A stretch of 64,000 bases of DNA from positions 672,001-736,000 of the forward strand of contig OZ244650.1 of assembly GCA_965218785.1 (NCBI GenBank), in the 5' to 3' direction. The notes beneath the pieces are model-generated. The model saw only the letters and a list, made by a program, of their open reading frames with translations, did no database searches and had not been told where the DNA came from. Source of the DNA: Nitrosopumilus sp. Its GTDB lineage: Archaea; Thermoproteota; Nitrososphaeria; Nitrososphaerales; Nitrosopumilaceae. This document shows positions 28,162 through 38,341 of this stretch, piece by piece (the stretch's first letter is position 1; the number at the start of each line of letters is the position of its first letter). Both the position numbers and the translations under genes were made by a program.

Positions 28162-29673
28162 TTGAAAAGTACCGGCATGATTCTGACGGGTGTGGCATTT
28201 TCATTAATTTTACTCTCCGGCATTACCATACCATCCTACTCTGATTATACATCTCCAAAAAAACAACTAGAATCAGGCGTATTACCTGAGGATGTGACGT
28301 GTAAAGAGAATAGAATCTTGGTGATTCGAGATAACGGATCCCCTGCCTGTGTAACAGAAAAGACTGCAGAAAAGAAGGGATGGAGGATGGTTGCCGGCAA
28401 TCCTGCAGATGAAGTGATTGCACAAGAGTTACAGCTTGATGAGAAAATATCAATACCCGATGATGCAAAAGCAGTGGATCTTATCCCAGATGTGGATGGA
28501 AAACAAAGCCAACTAACAAGATCACAGTATATTATAAAATATAATCAAATGATTTTACAGCAAAATACCTTAAAACAAGAACAAGATAAACAAAAGGATT
28601 CTCAATTACAATATTCTCAAAATCTACCAAAACCGCGTTTTGAAACAGAATTGATCTTGGATAAAATCCCCTCGTTGGGTGAAACAGTTGATTTTAAAAT
28701 AATTAAAACCCCGACAACAGAATTTTTTGAGAAATGGGATGAAACAAAAGACGCAATAAAAAAAGATGCTGAATATGCTCACCGAGTAAATAATGATGCT
28801 AAAAGAACACTTGAATTTTTTCTTGATCCAACCTTTATTCTACATGTAGATGACTTGCCAGAAAACATAGAATCAAAATATAAAGAAAATAACCGTGCAA
28901 TAGAATCTATTTTTACTATTATGTTCCCTATTGATGCATTTGACTATGTGGACTCTTTGAGTATTCCTGGTGCTGCTGAAATCATTACAGGAACTATTAC
29001 CCCAACTAAGGAAGGCGATTATTACTTTGGATTACATGAAACTAGTGGCGGCGGTGATAGTATCGGCTTGCACATAGATGTTGTTGATTCTTTTATCCTG
29101 ACCTGGCCTTATCAACTAACATCCCACTATGAAGGGGATTCAGAAAAGATAAAGCCGACACCCAGAGTAAAAGCAATTGATTTTGATGAATTAATTGCCA
29201 GTAGCGAATATTCAACTTTTGATGAAATAGATAAGGCCATAGAAGGTGGTAAATTAAAACATGAATATTATACATCTTCAGAGATGAACTGGATCAAGTT
29301 TAAAGACAGTAAGCGGGATATCTTAACTTATTTGCCTCTATCTGAGAATGCGCAACATACAACAGCCATACCTGAAAAGATAACAGTTAAAGAAGTTACA
29401 ACAATCACTGTTGATTTAAAATCCCCAAATAATACTGACGAGTTTATAGTTTATGATGCATACTTGGGTCCTGGGTTGGACTTTAAATCAACGTCATATG
29501 CCATGTCTGTTCCACAAGAAACAAACGATCCACCAAAACGATTTAGAAACATATTTTCAGATGGAACAAGGACATTCACCTTTGAAATTGTAGGTTTAGA
29601 ACCTGGTGTATGGATGTTTAAGGACAAACTCAATGACCAAGAATTTCATCGTAGCACGATTATAGTGGAATAA
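28162..29673 (+). CDS. Secreted hypothetical protein with N-terminal SPxKQ...C...PACV module
   Basis: Signal peptide, then SPKKQLESGVLPEDVTCKENRILVIRDNGSPACV. Confidence 0.75.
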   Translation: MKSTGMILTGVAFSLILLSGITIPSYSDYTSPKKQLESGVLPEDVTCKENRILVIRDNGSPACVTEKTAEKKGWRMVAGNPADEVIAQELQLDEKISIPDDAKAVDLIPDVDGKQSQLTRSQYIIKYNQMILQQNTLKQEQDKQKDSQLQYSQNLPKPRFETELILDKIPSLGETVDFKIIKTPTTEFFEKWDETKDAIKKDAEYAHRVNNDAKRTLEFFLDPTFILHVDDLPENIESKYKENNRAIESIFTIMFPIDAFDYVDSLSIPGAAEIITGTITPTKEGDYYFGLHETSGGGDSIGLHIDVVDSFILTWPYQLTSHYEGDSEKIKPTPRVKAIDFDELIASSEYSTFDEIDKAIEGGKLKHEYYTSSEMNWIKFKDSKRDILTYLPLSENAQHTTAIPEKITVKEVTTITVDLKSPNNTDEFIVYDAYLGPGLDFKSTSYAMSVPQETNDPPKRFRNIFSDGTRTFTFEIVGLEPGVWMFKDKLNDQEFHRSTIIVE

Positions 29674-29709
29674 ATTAAAAAATGCTTTACACATACCCTT
29701 GCATGCAGT

Positions 29710-30681
29710 CTATCCCAGGTTTGCTTTTAAAAATTCAATGGTTTTCTTCCATGCATCATCTGCCTCTTCTGGAGCATAACGCTGGCCTGTCGGGTTTGCA
29801 AATGCATGATCCACATCTGAATAGATATGAATGTCATTTGGAACCCCTGCTTTATTTAACGCAGCTTCAAATTCATCTACCGTTTCTGGTGGTATCCCCT
29901 GATCTAGTCCTGCAAAAATTCCAAGTACCGGCCAGTTAATTGATGATAATACTTTATGGTCTGTAACCAACCTGCCATAGTAAATTACCGTAGCGTCCAT
30001 TTCATCGTTGTTTAATGCCAGGGTCAGGGACTGCTTTCCGCCAAAACACCACCCGATAGAGCCGATGGATTCTACTTTGTATTTGGTCTGCAGGTAACCC
30101 ACTGCACCGTTCATGTTTGCTATTGCATCATCTTGTACAAACGCCCCGGTCAGTTCTACTGCAGTCTGTGCGTCGTCTGCGACTTTGCCATCAAAGAGAT
30201 CAACTGCCAAGACGACATATCCCTGCGAAGCTAGTTTTTTGGCAGTCTGTTTGATGTTCTCATTTAGTCCCCACCATTCATGAATCAGTATGATTCCCGG
30301 ATGGGATTCATCTGATATCGGGCTTGCAATAAAACCAACACCTCCATCATAGCTGACACTGTCTGTCTCTACCTGATATACGCCCTCCATCATTGATTCA
30401 GAATTCTGCACTGCACCTGGATTCACATCTGCTAAAACATGTTCTGCCCAGCCACGTTTAATCAGCTCCTCGATGCTGCCCTGCTTTACACATGCAGGAT
30501 TTCCCGTAGATGATTTTAACACCAGTAACAGTCCCTCCGTACAGGTGACATCTGTTGTTTTTATCCCGTCGTTGATCTGTTTTAGCGGAGACATTTGATG
30601 TGTGACTGATTCTGCAAATCCTAGATGTGAGCCTCCAAGGACTGCAACGAATAGAAAAATCACAATTATCGTATTATACAC
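29710..30681 (-). CDS. Secreted dienelactone hydrolase-family protein with SPxKQ...PACV module
   Basis: HEWWGLN, GWCFGG nucleophile motif, D and HAF; N-terminal signal plus module. Confidence 0.88.
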   Translation of the reverse strand: MYNTIIVIFLFVAVLGGSHLGFAESVTHQMSPLKQINDGIKTTDVTCTEGLLLVLKSSTGNPACVKQGSIEELIKRGWAEHVLADVNPGAVQNSESMMEGVYQVETDSVSYDGGVGFIASPISDESHPGIILIHEWWGLNENIKQTAKKLASQGYVVLAVDLFDGKVADDAQTAVELTGAFVQDDAIANMNGAVGYLQTKYKVESIGSIGWCFGGKQSLTLALNNDEMDATVIYYGRLVTDHKVLSSINWPVLGIFAGLDQGIPPETVDEFEAALNKAGVPNDIHIYSDVDHAFANPTGQRYAPEEADDAWKKTIEFLKANLG

Positions 30682-30820
30682 AACATGCCTTGATTCTGTC
30701 TATATTTTATTATATTCAATTTTTGTCACGCATTTGGGATATTTTTCAAAAAACTTCGGTGGGATGTGATGTGTATAGGGACACCGATCTCCTTAAATTC
30801 TAGAATCGCATTGGAATATC

Positions 30821-31288
30821 ATGAGCAAAATGCTGATGCCAACCGTGCTGTTATCTGTGATGGCAGTTGTAATGGTTTTTGGTTCTGCATCACATGTCTT
30901 GGCAGACTCTGACGGTGAGGCAAAGTCATACAAACGACATTGGGCAATCCCGATCGGAGATGCGTCTGGTTCACTAGAAATTACGCCAGATACTGACAAA
31001 GCCGAGCTTGAAAAAAGCGTATTGCCGCTAGAGATAGCAGCTGCGGAATATTCTGATATCCACAAGGCAAAACTTGGAAAGGCAGTCAATGATGAAGGCA
31101 GGTATTTTCTTGTATGGAATCTTGTAAGTTATGGCCACGATACAGAATCTGATACAAAATTCAAAACAATATACGTACTTGATGCTGGTACGGGAGAGCC
31201 GTTAGCTGATCCAATAACAAAAGAGGGAGGCGGTTCATGTGGAGATAAGGACAAGCCACAAACAAAACGTACCGGGGCAAACGCCTAG
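30821..31288 (+). CDS. Secreted PepSY-like protein
   Basis: Signal peptide; VLDAGTGE C-terminal motif. Confidence 0.6.
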   Translation: MSKMLMPTVLLSVMAVVMVFGSASHVLADSDGEAKSYKRHWAIPIGDASGSLEITPDTDKAELEKSVLPLEIAAAEYSDIHKAKLGKAVNDEGRYFLVWNLVSYGHDTESDTKFKTIYVLDAGTGEPLADPITKEGGGSCGDKDKPQTKRTGANA

Positions 31289-31555
31289 AGTCCTTTTTTA
31301 ATAATTGGGACTATTGATTCAAATTTAATCAAATCATTAAATCAAAAGCGATTTTCTTACTCGTATCTTAACTGCGATATATTGGGGATGCATATCGTGC
31401 AACTAAACACTACAAGACGGCAAAACCGGTGCGTGACTGAATATCTGATGACAGGCGTGGCAACCACTTTGCGATGATCTGATTTTAGTTACTCTTTGTT
31501 GACTTGGATGTAACCGTAATTGATCCTTGAATCTTAACTAATTTTTTCTAAACGT

Positions 31556-31915
31556 ATGGTTGGAATGACTGATCCTTTAAAGGCACGACTGGAAAAATTC
31601 AAGAAAATCTCCGAATCTGCCACCCGCAGGGCAAATATGTACGGCGAAATTGCCCAGTTCAACGACAAACACACTGCTGATTCACTGGGCGCCCTCCAAA
31701 AGGCACCCGCACCTGGTAAAAAACTCCAAAAAATAGGATTTATGATGTTGTGGATTCCTGAACCTACCGGCGTTACCTGTGCAGTAGGCGGTCCGATGAT
31801 AGTCGCCGGACGATACCTTGAAAAAAAATACAACAGTGCCACCATCCATGATGTCGGTCATGAGACAAAAAACACCATCTCAACAATTCACGACTTTAAG
31901 AATTCCATAATGTAA
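31556..31915 (+). CDS. Hypothetical membrane-associated protein
   Basis: 119-aa ORF with a hydrophobic hairpin around PEPTG. Confidence 0.65.
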   Translation: MVGMTDPLKARLEKFKKISESATRRANMYGEIAQFNDKHTADSLGALQKAPAPGKKLQKIGFMMLWIPEPTGVTCAVGGPMIVAGRYLEKKYNSATIHDVGHETKNTISTIHDFKNSIM

Positions 31916-31951
31916 CACTTGGTTTTTAAATGGATTGATCCAAATTAATTC

Positions 31952-32443
31952 ATGACCACCAGGACCCAGGTAATAGTTCCAATCTTTATTGCCGCAGTAA
32001 TAGTGGGCTCTGCCGGATTACTGTCCCTTCCAGGCGATACCCCGTTGGAACCACTTGAATTTCCAATGGGTACGATAAAAGTCGATGATGTCGTCCTTCA
32101 AGTACAAATCGCCGATTCAAAATCCAGACAAATTCATGGGCTGATGTTCCAAGAGCAACTGCCATACGATCAAGGAATGATCTTCGTATTTGATCAACCC
32201 GGCGTGTATTCGCTGTGGATGGCCAACGTCCAATTCCCGCTTGACATGATCTGGTTTGACCAGGACGGCAAGGTTGTACATATGGAAACGGACGTTCCTC
32301 CATGCAAATCCGCCCTGGAGATCGCAGCCTGTGAGAGCATCATCCCTGACGGCGAGGCAGTTTATATTTTAGAGGTCACCTCCGGATTCGTCGATCAAAA
32401 CAATATTACAAAAGACTCTGTTTTGAGCATAATCTCAATTTAG
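31952..32443 (+). CDS. DUF192-family protein
   Basis: GLMF...GMIFVF...WM.NV.FPLDMIW...LEV.SG. Confidence 0.9.
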   Translation: MTTRTQVIVPIFIAAVIVGSAGLLSLPGDTPLEPLEFPMGTIKVDDVVLQVQIADSKSRQIHGLMFQEQLPYDQGMIFVFDQPGVYSLWMANVQFPLDMIWFDQDGKVVHMETDVPPCKSALEIAACESIIPDGEAVYILEVTSGFVDQNNITKDSVLSIISI

Positions 32444-32483
32444 AATTGCAAAACCTTATCTTTGAATCCATCATTTCCAGATC

Positions 32484-33119
32484 ATGAACAAGTTTATCAT
32501 TCCAATCATAATTGGCATTGCGGCCGTTGTTTCTGTATCTGTAATTTTCGTGTATGAGAAATCCTTTGAACCACAGTCAGATCAAATTTATGATTATGCA
32601 GATTTTACTTATAATGATATAGAGTCAATTCAAAAAATTCTGGCCAAACAAGACATCTTTGTATCTGTGCCTACTGCGATAACTGATCAAACTACGGATA
32701 TGTACTGTACATATTTTGATGAGGGAATCCAAAGAAGCGTGGATTACTGCACCACCACAGTCGTGCTTGATTCTAAAGGAAATACTTTGGGAAACATCAA
32801 CATTGGAGGTGATGCAATTTCCCCGATTATGGCAATAGCCAACATTGAAACTGCCACCTTGGAATCCAACCAGGTTGAATCGCTTGCAATAATTAAGACC
32901 GTGATTGAAACCCTTGTTTGCGACTGCTGGGAGGAAGAAAAAGACGACGACGATATTGAATCAATTGCTGCCTGGTTGGTCCTTACTCGCGAATTTTATT
33001 ATGATTCTGATCAACGTGGCATCAAATCACAGATAGATGATCTGGGGAGTTATCTGATAACTTTGGAGATTACGCCTAAAGAAAACTCGGTCTTGCAGAC
33101 ACTGATTATTCTAGTCTAA
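32484..33119 (+). CDS. Membrane-anchored hypothetical protein
   Basis: N-terminal TM segment; YC..YC..CDCW. Confidence 0.7.
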   Translation: MNKFIIPIIIGIAAVVSVSVIFVYEKSFEPQSDQIYDYADFTYNDIESIQKILAKQDIFVSVPTAITDQTTDMYCTYFDEGIQRSVDYCTTTVVLDSKGNTLGNINIGGDAISPIMAIANIETATLESNQVESLAIIKTVIETLVCDCWEEEKDDDDIESIAAWLVLTREFYYDSDQRGIKSQIDDLGSYLITLEITPKENSVLQTLIILV

Positions 33120-33155
33120 TTATATATGACAGACTTTGCTAGTTGACGAATTGCG

Positions 33156-33929
33156 ATGATTGATCAATTATGGCTGATTCCCCTTGGATTTGCCGCCGGC
33201 ATACTAGGTTCGATGATTGGACTTGGCGGTGGAATCATCGTCGTTCCAGTACTGACATTTTTGGGATTTCCTCCAACTGCCGCTGCAAGTAACAGTCTTT
33301 TTGCCGCACTAAGCAATGCGATCGCCTCCACCATTTCATACTCTAGACAAAAGAGAATTGAATACTCGCTGGGTGTCAAGCTTGGACTACTTTCAATTCC
33401 GGGGACCGTTCTGGGCGCAATTATTTCCACTGATGTGACTCCCGGTGTCTTTAAGATATTATTTGGACTGGTCTTGATTGCATCTGCTGCTTATATTTTT
33501 CTGAGAAAAAAGTTCGAGGGCAGAGACAGGAGACTGTCTGTACAAATGACCGTGTTTGTAATCGGGGCCAGCTTTTTTGCGGGAATCATCTCTTCTTTTT
33601 TTGGAATAGGCGGAGGTACAGTCTTTGTCCCGTTAATGGTAGTCGGGATGGGAATGGCAATGAAAAAAGCCGCCCCAACGTCACAGCTGATTTTGTTGTT
33701 TGCATCATTATCTGGTGTAATCGCACACAGTCTTTTGGGACACCCTGATCTTCTTCAGGCTGGATTTTTGGCAATCGGTTCGTTTTTTGGCGGATTACTT
33801 GGGGCAAGACTGTCAATAGATATCAAAGAACGCTACCTGCAAGTCCTAACATCCGTTGTAATCTTGATTGCAGCTGCCAAGTTGTTCCTTGATTCTGCGG
33901 CTGAATTCGGTGTTGGTATTCTAGACTGA
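33156..33929 (+). CDS. TauE/SafE (TSUP) family exporter
   Basis: Duplicated G.GGG..VP motifs, polytopic membrane protein. Confidence 0.9.
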   Translation: MIDQLWLIPLGFAAGILGSMIGLGGGIIVVPVLTFLGFPPTAAASNSLFAALSNAIASTISYSRQKRIEYSLGVKLGLLSIPGTVLGAIISTDVTPGVFKILFGLVLIASAAYIFLRKKFEGRDRRLSVQMTVFVIGASFFAGIISSFFGIGGGTVFVPLMVVGMGMAMKKAAPTSQLILLFASLSGVIAHSLLGHPDLLQAGFLAIGSFFGGLLGARLSIDIKERYLQVLTSVVILIAAAKLFLDSAAEFGVGILD

Positions 33930-34023
33930 CTTTCCGTGTTTATGATGGCATGCAGCATCGTTTGCCTTACTGAATGCTGCACGTTGAAAAAAAGACTCTA
34001 TCCAAACTCGGAAATTTTCCTTA

Positions 34024-35793
34024 TTACCGTGATTCATCAACACAGAAAATAACTTCAGCTGATGATGCTGCATTATCTGATACAAGAAAATCAAATGCAT
34101 CTGCTATCTTTTGATCATCTGGCTCTCCTCCTGCAACCGTACCTGGAAGTATTGTAAACATCCTGATCCTTGACTTTAATACATCGCTTAATTCCTGGTT
34201 GACCGTAGTTGTAAATGGTCTTAGCGCCCCTCTGAAAACCTCCACCTGGGCTCTTTGTGTCCCTGTCACCTTTCTTCCAACTGGTAGATCCGGACCGATT
34301 ATCATGATTGCACCACTTGCATCCTTGTAAAGACGGGGATCCCTGCTGCCTCCGGGAACAAACTGCTCAAGCGCTTTTTGTGCTACTGTGGCCGGAGTCA
34401 AAATGAATTTCTCAGTCAGTGCCTCCCATTCTGCCCTTGTTGATTCGGTTAATTTTGATATTTCCGGCATGCTGCCTGTAACGTGAATAACACTTAGAAT
34501 TTTTCCCATGTTTGTTTTGGCAGTGTTTAGCCATCTTTCCATCTCCTGAGGATTCCTGATGTCCACTATGTGAGAATGAAACTTGCCGCTGATTGATTCT
34601 TGCAATTCCTTTGGCGTTTCTTGTGAAATAAAACATGCGACCTTTCCGCCGTTTTTCTCTACGTGCTGTGCCAAAAACTCCACCCTTTTGGCGTCTGTTT
34701 TATTGGTGGCATCAACTGTAATTACAACTGTCTTTTTCTCAAGGTCCGGTCTGTGAACTCCCGGCACTGCATTTCCAACATGGGCCTTGACAGGATAAAA
34801 CACCCTGTCACCTGGAATGACCTTGCCGTTTAGAATTTTTGCTATCTCATCATCACACAAGTTTAGCACAAATTCTGCAACCTGTGACTGTGATAGGAAC
34901 TCTTGGTTTGCAATCATGTGTGATGTATTGTTTTGAACCTTTTCTGCGATTGCTTGAATCTTGTCTAGCAAATTCGTAAACGTGCTGGCAAGCTTGCTCA
35001 CGTCCCTGCCGTCTGCCAGTTTTTCTGAAGCTTTTAGAACTCCTTTCTTTACCACGTCATCCCCCTCGCCTAACAATGGAAGCAGCTCCCCGTTTGCGGC
35101 ATCCACCTGTGTCGGATCCAGATCCTCAAATCCCCCGACTCTCATAAATTCTGCAGCGGCCTTTGGATAAACCGTCTTGTAAATTCTGTCAGAGTGAACT
35201 GGTCCGGGGTTTGTTGCAATTGATATGATTCCCCTGTCCACTAGTTCCCATGACATTGCCTCGGCCAGTCTGTTTTTTGCACCCTGTGATGCGGTGTATG
35301 GACTTCTAAATCTGTAAGGCCTCTGTTCTAACGGTCTTTCTTCTGTAAAGAATGTTGAAATTGTAATAATTTTTCCACCTTCCTTCATTACTTTTAATGC
35401 CTGTACTGATCCCCAGAACGTACCTGTCAGATGTATTCCTACGGTGCTTTTGAATTCATCTATTGGCGCATTTGCAAAACATGTGACAGGACCTGAAATT
35501 CCTGCATTATTAATCATATAGTCCACTGTGATACCATCCTTTTTCAGCGCATCAAACATGTCATTTACTGCAGTCTCCTCAGATACATCGACTCTTGAAA
35601 AAATTCTAACCGTAGCTGCACAGTCTTTGGGAATTTTTCCTTCAAGATCTCTTGCTGCCTCTTCCAAAGGTTCTTTTCTTCTTCCAAGAATAATCACACT
35701 TGCCCCATTTTCGACAAATTTTGTGGCAATGGCCTTGCCTATGCCTGTCCCGCTACCTGTAATCAGTGCAACTTTATCTTGGAATTTTAACAT
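34024..35793 (-). CDS. Tandem-domain SDR oxidoreductase
   Basis: TGSGTGIG, NNAG, PGPV; degenerate second Rossmann-like half; likely start MLKFQDK at 35793. Confidence 0.88.
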   Translation of the reverse strand: MLKFQDKVALITGSGTGIGKAIATKFVENGASVIILGRRKEPLEEAARDLEGKIPKDCAATVRIFSRVDVSEETAVNDMFDALKKDGITVDYMINNAGISGPVTCFANAPIDEFKSTVGIHLTGTFWGSVQALKVMKEGGKIITISTFFTEERPLEQRPYRFRSPYTASQGAKNRLAEAMSWELVDRGIISIATNPGPVHSDRIYKTVYPKAAAEFMRVGGFEDLDPTQVDAANGELLPLLGEGDDVVKKGVLKASEKLADGRDVSKLASTFTNLLDKIQAIAEKVQNNTSHMIANQEFLSQSQVAEFVLNLCDDEIAKILNGKVIPGDRVFYPVKAHVGNAVPGVHRPDLEKKTVVITVDATNKTDAKRVEFLAQHVEKNGGKVACFISQETPKELQESISGKFHSHIVDIRNPQEMERWLNTAKTNMGKILSVIHVTGSMPEISKLTESTRAEWEALTEKFILTPATVAQKALEQFVPGGSRDPRLYKDASGAIMIIGPDLPVGRKVTGTQRAQVEVFRGALRPFTTTVNQELSDVLKSRIRMFTILPGTVAGGEPDDQKIADAFDFLVSDNAASSAEVIFCVDESR

Positions 35794-35974
35794 AGATAAA
35801 CTGTAAAAATTTTTGCGATATTTAATTGGATTGATCCATGTAAAAAACAACCTCTTGGATTCCAGTAGGTCTATTCTGATACTGGATATTCTGATACTGA
35901 TATTCTGATATCTATACAAGTCAGATCAAGAGTCATCATTTATCCGTATTTTTGCCACCAAAGATTCATCTTGT

Positions 35975-36298
35975 ATGCGATTTCTCAAAGTTGGCATGTT
36001 CTTACAGGACAACCGTGGAATATTCCTCTCTTCGCACAGTGACATGACATATGGCATTACTGTAACATCAGGCGATGATAAATCCGAGCCTGTAGACAAG
36101 ATTGATCCAGAACCAATACCAGTAGATCCAGAACCAATACCAGTAGATCCAGAACCTGACCCAACACCAACGGATCCAGAACCTGACCCAACACCAACGG
36201 ATCCTGGATCTGACCCAACACCAACGGATCCTACACTCAAACCAGACTATGGCATATTTGAGCAGATCATAAGATGGTTCCAATCTTTATTTGGATAA
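35975..36298 (+). CDS. Pro/Asp-repeat protein, possibly the C-terminal remnant of a surface protein
   Basis: DPEPIPV x2 and DPEPDPTPT-type x3; C-terminal GIFEQIIRWFQSLFG; no signal peptide. Confidence 0.5.
   Translation: MRFLKVGMFLQDNRGIFLSSHSDMTYGITVTSGDDKSEPVDKIDPEPIPVDPEPIPVDPEPDPTPTDPEPDPTPTDPGSDPTPTDPTLKPDYGIFEQIIRWFQSLFG
36104..36236 (+). repeat. Tandem 21-bp (x2) and 27-bp (x3) coding repeats
   Basis: GATCCAGAACCAATACCAGTA and GATCCAGAACCTGACCCAACACCAACG units. Confidence 0.9.
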
Positions 36299-36379
36299 AC
36301 ATGATAAATACGTCCATGTTGCCCATTAAACCGGATACATCTTGATATCTTTATTTGTGGGTCTGATTCATGATTTTTC

Positions 36380-36616
36380 ATGCATGATGTGGAACCAGAC
36401 ACCTTTGTTCTTCAAACATGGCCTGAAAAATTCAGCGACATGTTAAAGGCGATTGGAATAGATTCACAATCAAAAGAGATAGGAACAGACGATGTTGAAA
36501 AAGGCGAATATTATAGCAGAAATTTTGCTCAAACCCCCAGGATGATAACTAACAGGGGCTGTCTTGATATTATGAATTCCAACATTGATGTGGTACAAAT
36601 TATTCAAAAGGGATGA
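36380..36616 (+). CDS. Hypothetical protein
   Basis: 78-aa ORF with ATGA overlap to the next gene. Confidence 0.65.
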   Translation: MHDVEPDTFVLQTWPEKFSDMLKAIGIDSQSKEIGTDDVEKGEYYSRNFAQTPRMITNRGCLDIMNSNIDVVQIIQKG

Positions 36617-36996
36617 GAATGCAAGATCCAAATCCTATTCCCTGGGGTGCACTAGACAGATTTCAGGCACATTTTATCGTAAGAAAGGAGACCGGTGCAT
36701 CTGTCGGAGATTATCTTGCAAGAACACAACTTACCACCAAAGGCCATTTTGCCGCCAAAACAGTTCTCAAAGTCCGATGGAACGGTCCTGGCAAATTATC
36801 CTCCAAACTCAATGAAGATTCACAACTCAATGAAATGATTGCAAAACAGTCAATCAAGGATGCCACTATCTATGTTGAACCCACTGATGATGTGATTCGA
36901 ATTAGAAGCAAATGGGATAACCATCTCGCATTTGGCATTACCAAAGAACTCTTTGAAATTTATGACCGAATAGCAGGTCACATAAAATCAATCTAG
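36613..36996 (+). CDS. Hypothetical protein
   Basis: 127-aa ORF, translationally coupled to the previous ORF. Confidence 0.7.
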   Translation: MRMQDPNPIPWGALDRFQAHFIVRKETGASVGDYLARTQLTTKGHFAAKTVLKVRWNGPGKLSSKLNEDSQLNEMIAKQSIKDATIYVEPTDDVIRIRSKWDNHLAFGITKELFEIYDRIAGHIKSI

Positions 36997-37544
36997 GCCC
37001 TCCACCAATCCAGGGCAAGAAAATCTATCCTGTCTTTTCCCTTTGGAATTGCCAAAATGAATTGTTTTTTGACCGTGGTTGCAAGTCTGCCGGCAAGAAC
37101 AATCCCTGTGGATGTAATTTGTTCGCTTCTGTTATACACCTGAATCAAATATGGGGCATGATCAATTCCCGGCCCCTTTTCATACACTGCAAAATCACAA
37201 CCGAATTTTATTCCGGGATTGATGATGTATCCCTTGTCCCTAAAATTTTTGTAAACTAGGTATTTTTTATCAAAATCATAGTATTCCTTTTTGCAAATCT
37301 CAACCATCTGTCTTGCAGTTACCGTTTGTTTGTTTTTTGTAACCGTTATTTTCTTGTTTTCTAAAAGATACAGGCCCTCGATTAGATCCAAAATCAACGG
37401 AGCGTCAATCTCCTCTATCTTCGGCTTTGGTATTCCTATTGGTTTTCCATAGTAACCACTGCTAAAGAGTTTGCGTGAATCATCAATATTCCAAACTATG
37501 ATTCTATTTTCTATCAGTTCACCCTTCATGTGTTTGTGAAACAT
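36993..37544 (-). CDS. endA: tRNA-splicing endonuclease catalytic subunit
   Basis: YLVYKNFRDKGY, GIKFGCDFAVY, HA.Y, RLA..VKK. Confidence 0.93.
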   Translation of the reverse strand: MFHKHMKGELIENRIIVWNIDDSRKLFSSGYYGKPIGIPKPKIEEIDAPLILDLIEGLYLLENKKITVTKNKQTVTARQMVEICKKEYYDFDKKYLVYKNFRDKGYIINPGIKFGCDFAVYEKGPGIDHAPYLIQVYNRSEQITSTGIVLAGRLATTVKKQFILAIPKGKDRIDFLALDWWRA

Positions 37545-37625
37545 CCAGCGTATATGAATTCTCTAGTTGAATCAGTCACTACTGAGGAATCAAAAATAAG
37601 GTAAAAATTCGGGGTAATATTCTGT

Positions 37626-38291
37626 TTACAGGCTCAATGCCAGCAATATGAAAGAATCCGATACTCTCTGGCATTTGTCTGCCATCTCTTCAATTCCCTC
37701 AATTACATCCTTGATCAACAACAATTCCTTTGTGTTTGATACCTCGGTCAAAAGTTTTAGTGTCGCATCCCTGTATTTGATGTCTATCTCCCTTTCTATC
37801 GTCTGCGTTTCCTGGGCCAGTTCTATGGCATTTGCAGTGTTGTTGTTCAGACTCCGAATGATCTCATTTAGCTTGTAAACCTGGTCTACTACTAGTTCAA
37901 TCAACTTTGTGATGTCCTTGTCGAGTTTTGCACTTTTCAGCGTGGTTACCTTTACGTTTGAGAGCTTGAATGAAATACCAGTGATATATCCTGCGATCTC
38001 ATCCATGGTATATGCCGTGTTGAGAAGATTCTCCCTGTTCATGATTAATCCTCCCACGTCTGCCACCTCCCGCGTGATCTTTCTTCTCAGATTTTCAACC
38101 TCTTCCTCGATTGTTGAGATCTGCTCTATTGCATTTTTGATCCCTGCCTTGTCTTTTTTCATCATAAGCTCGGGTATTGTTGCAAGTTCTCTGGAAGCAT
38201 TTAGAATTCTATTGATTTCATCTTGTAAAACTGCTATTGCCTTTCTTTTTGCCTGAACTTCAAGCTCTCCACTATACATAACAGAAAACAA
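37626..38291 (-). CDS. DUF47/PhoU-like protein
   Basis: Two repeats with E.E.D / E..AD motifs. Confidence 0.85.
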   Translation of the reverse strand: MFSVMYSGELEVQAKRKAIAVLQDEINRILNASRELATIPELMMKKDKAGIKNAIEQISTIEEEVENLRRKITREVADVGGLIMNRENLLNTAYTMDEIAGYITGISFKLSNVKVTTLKSAKLDKDITKLIELVVDQVYKLNEIIRSLNNNTANAIELAQETQTIEREIDIKYRDATLKLLTEVSNTKELLLIKDVIEGIEEMADKCQRVSDSFILLALSL

Positions 38292-38341
38292 ATAATCCTA
38301 AGGTAATTTAAATCCTCTATGATTCTTGATATTGAGCATGA

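Noticed and set aside
33950-33980. Hairpin TGCAGCAT...ATGCTGCA between convergent genes
   Set aside because: Single short stem with a large loop; not enough support for a call
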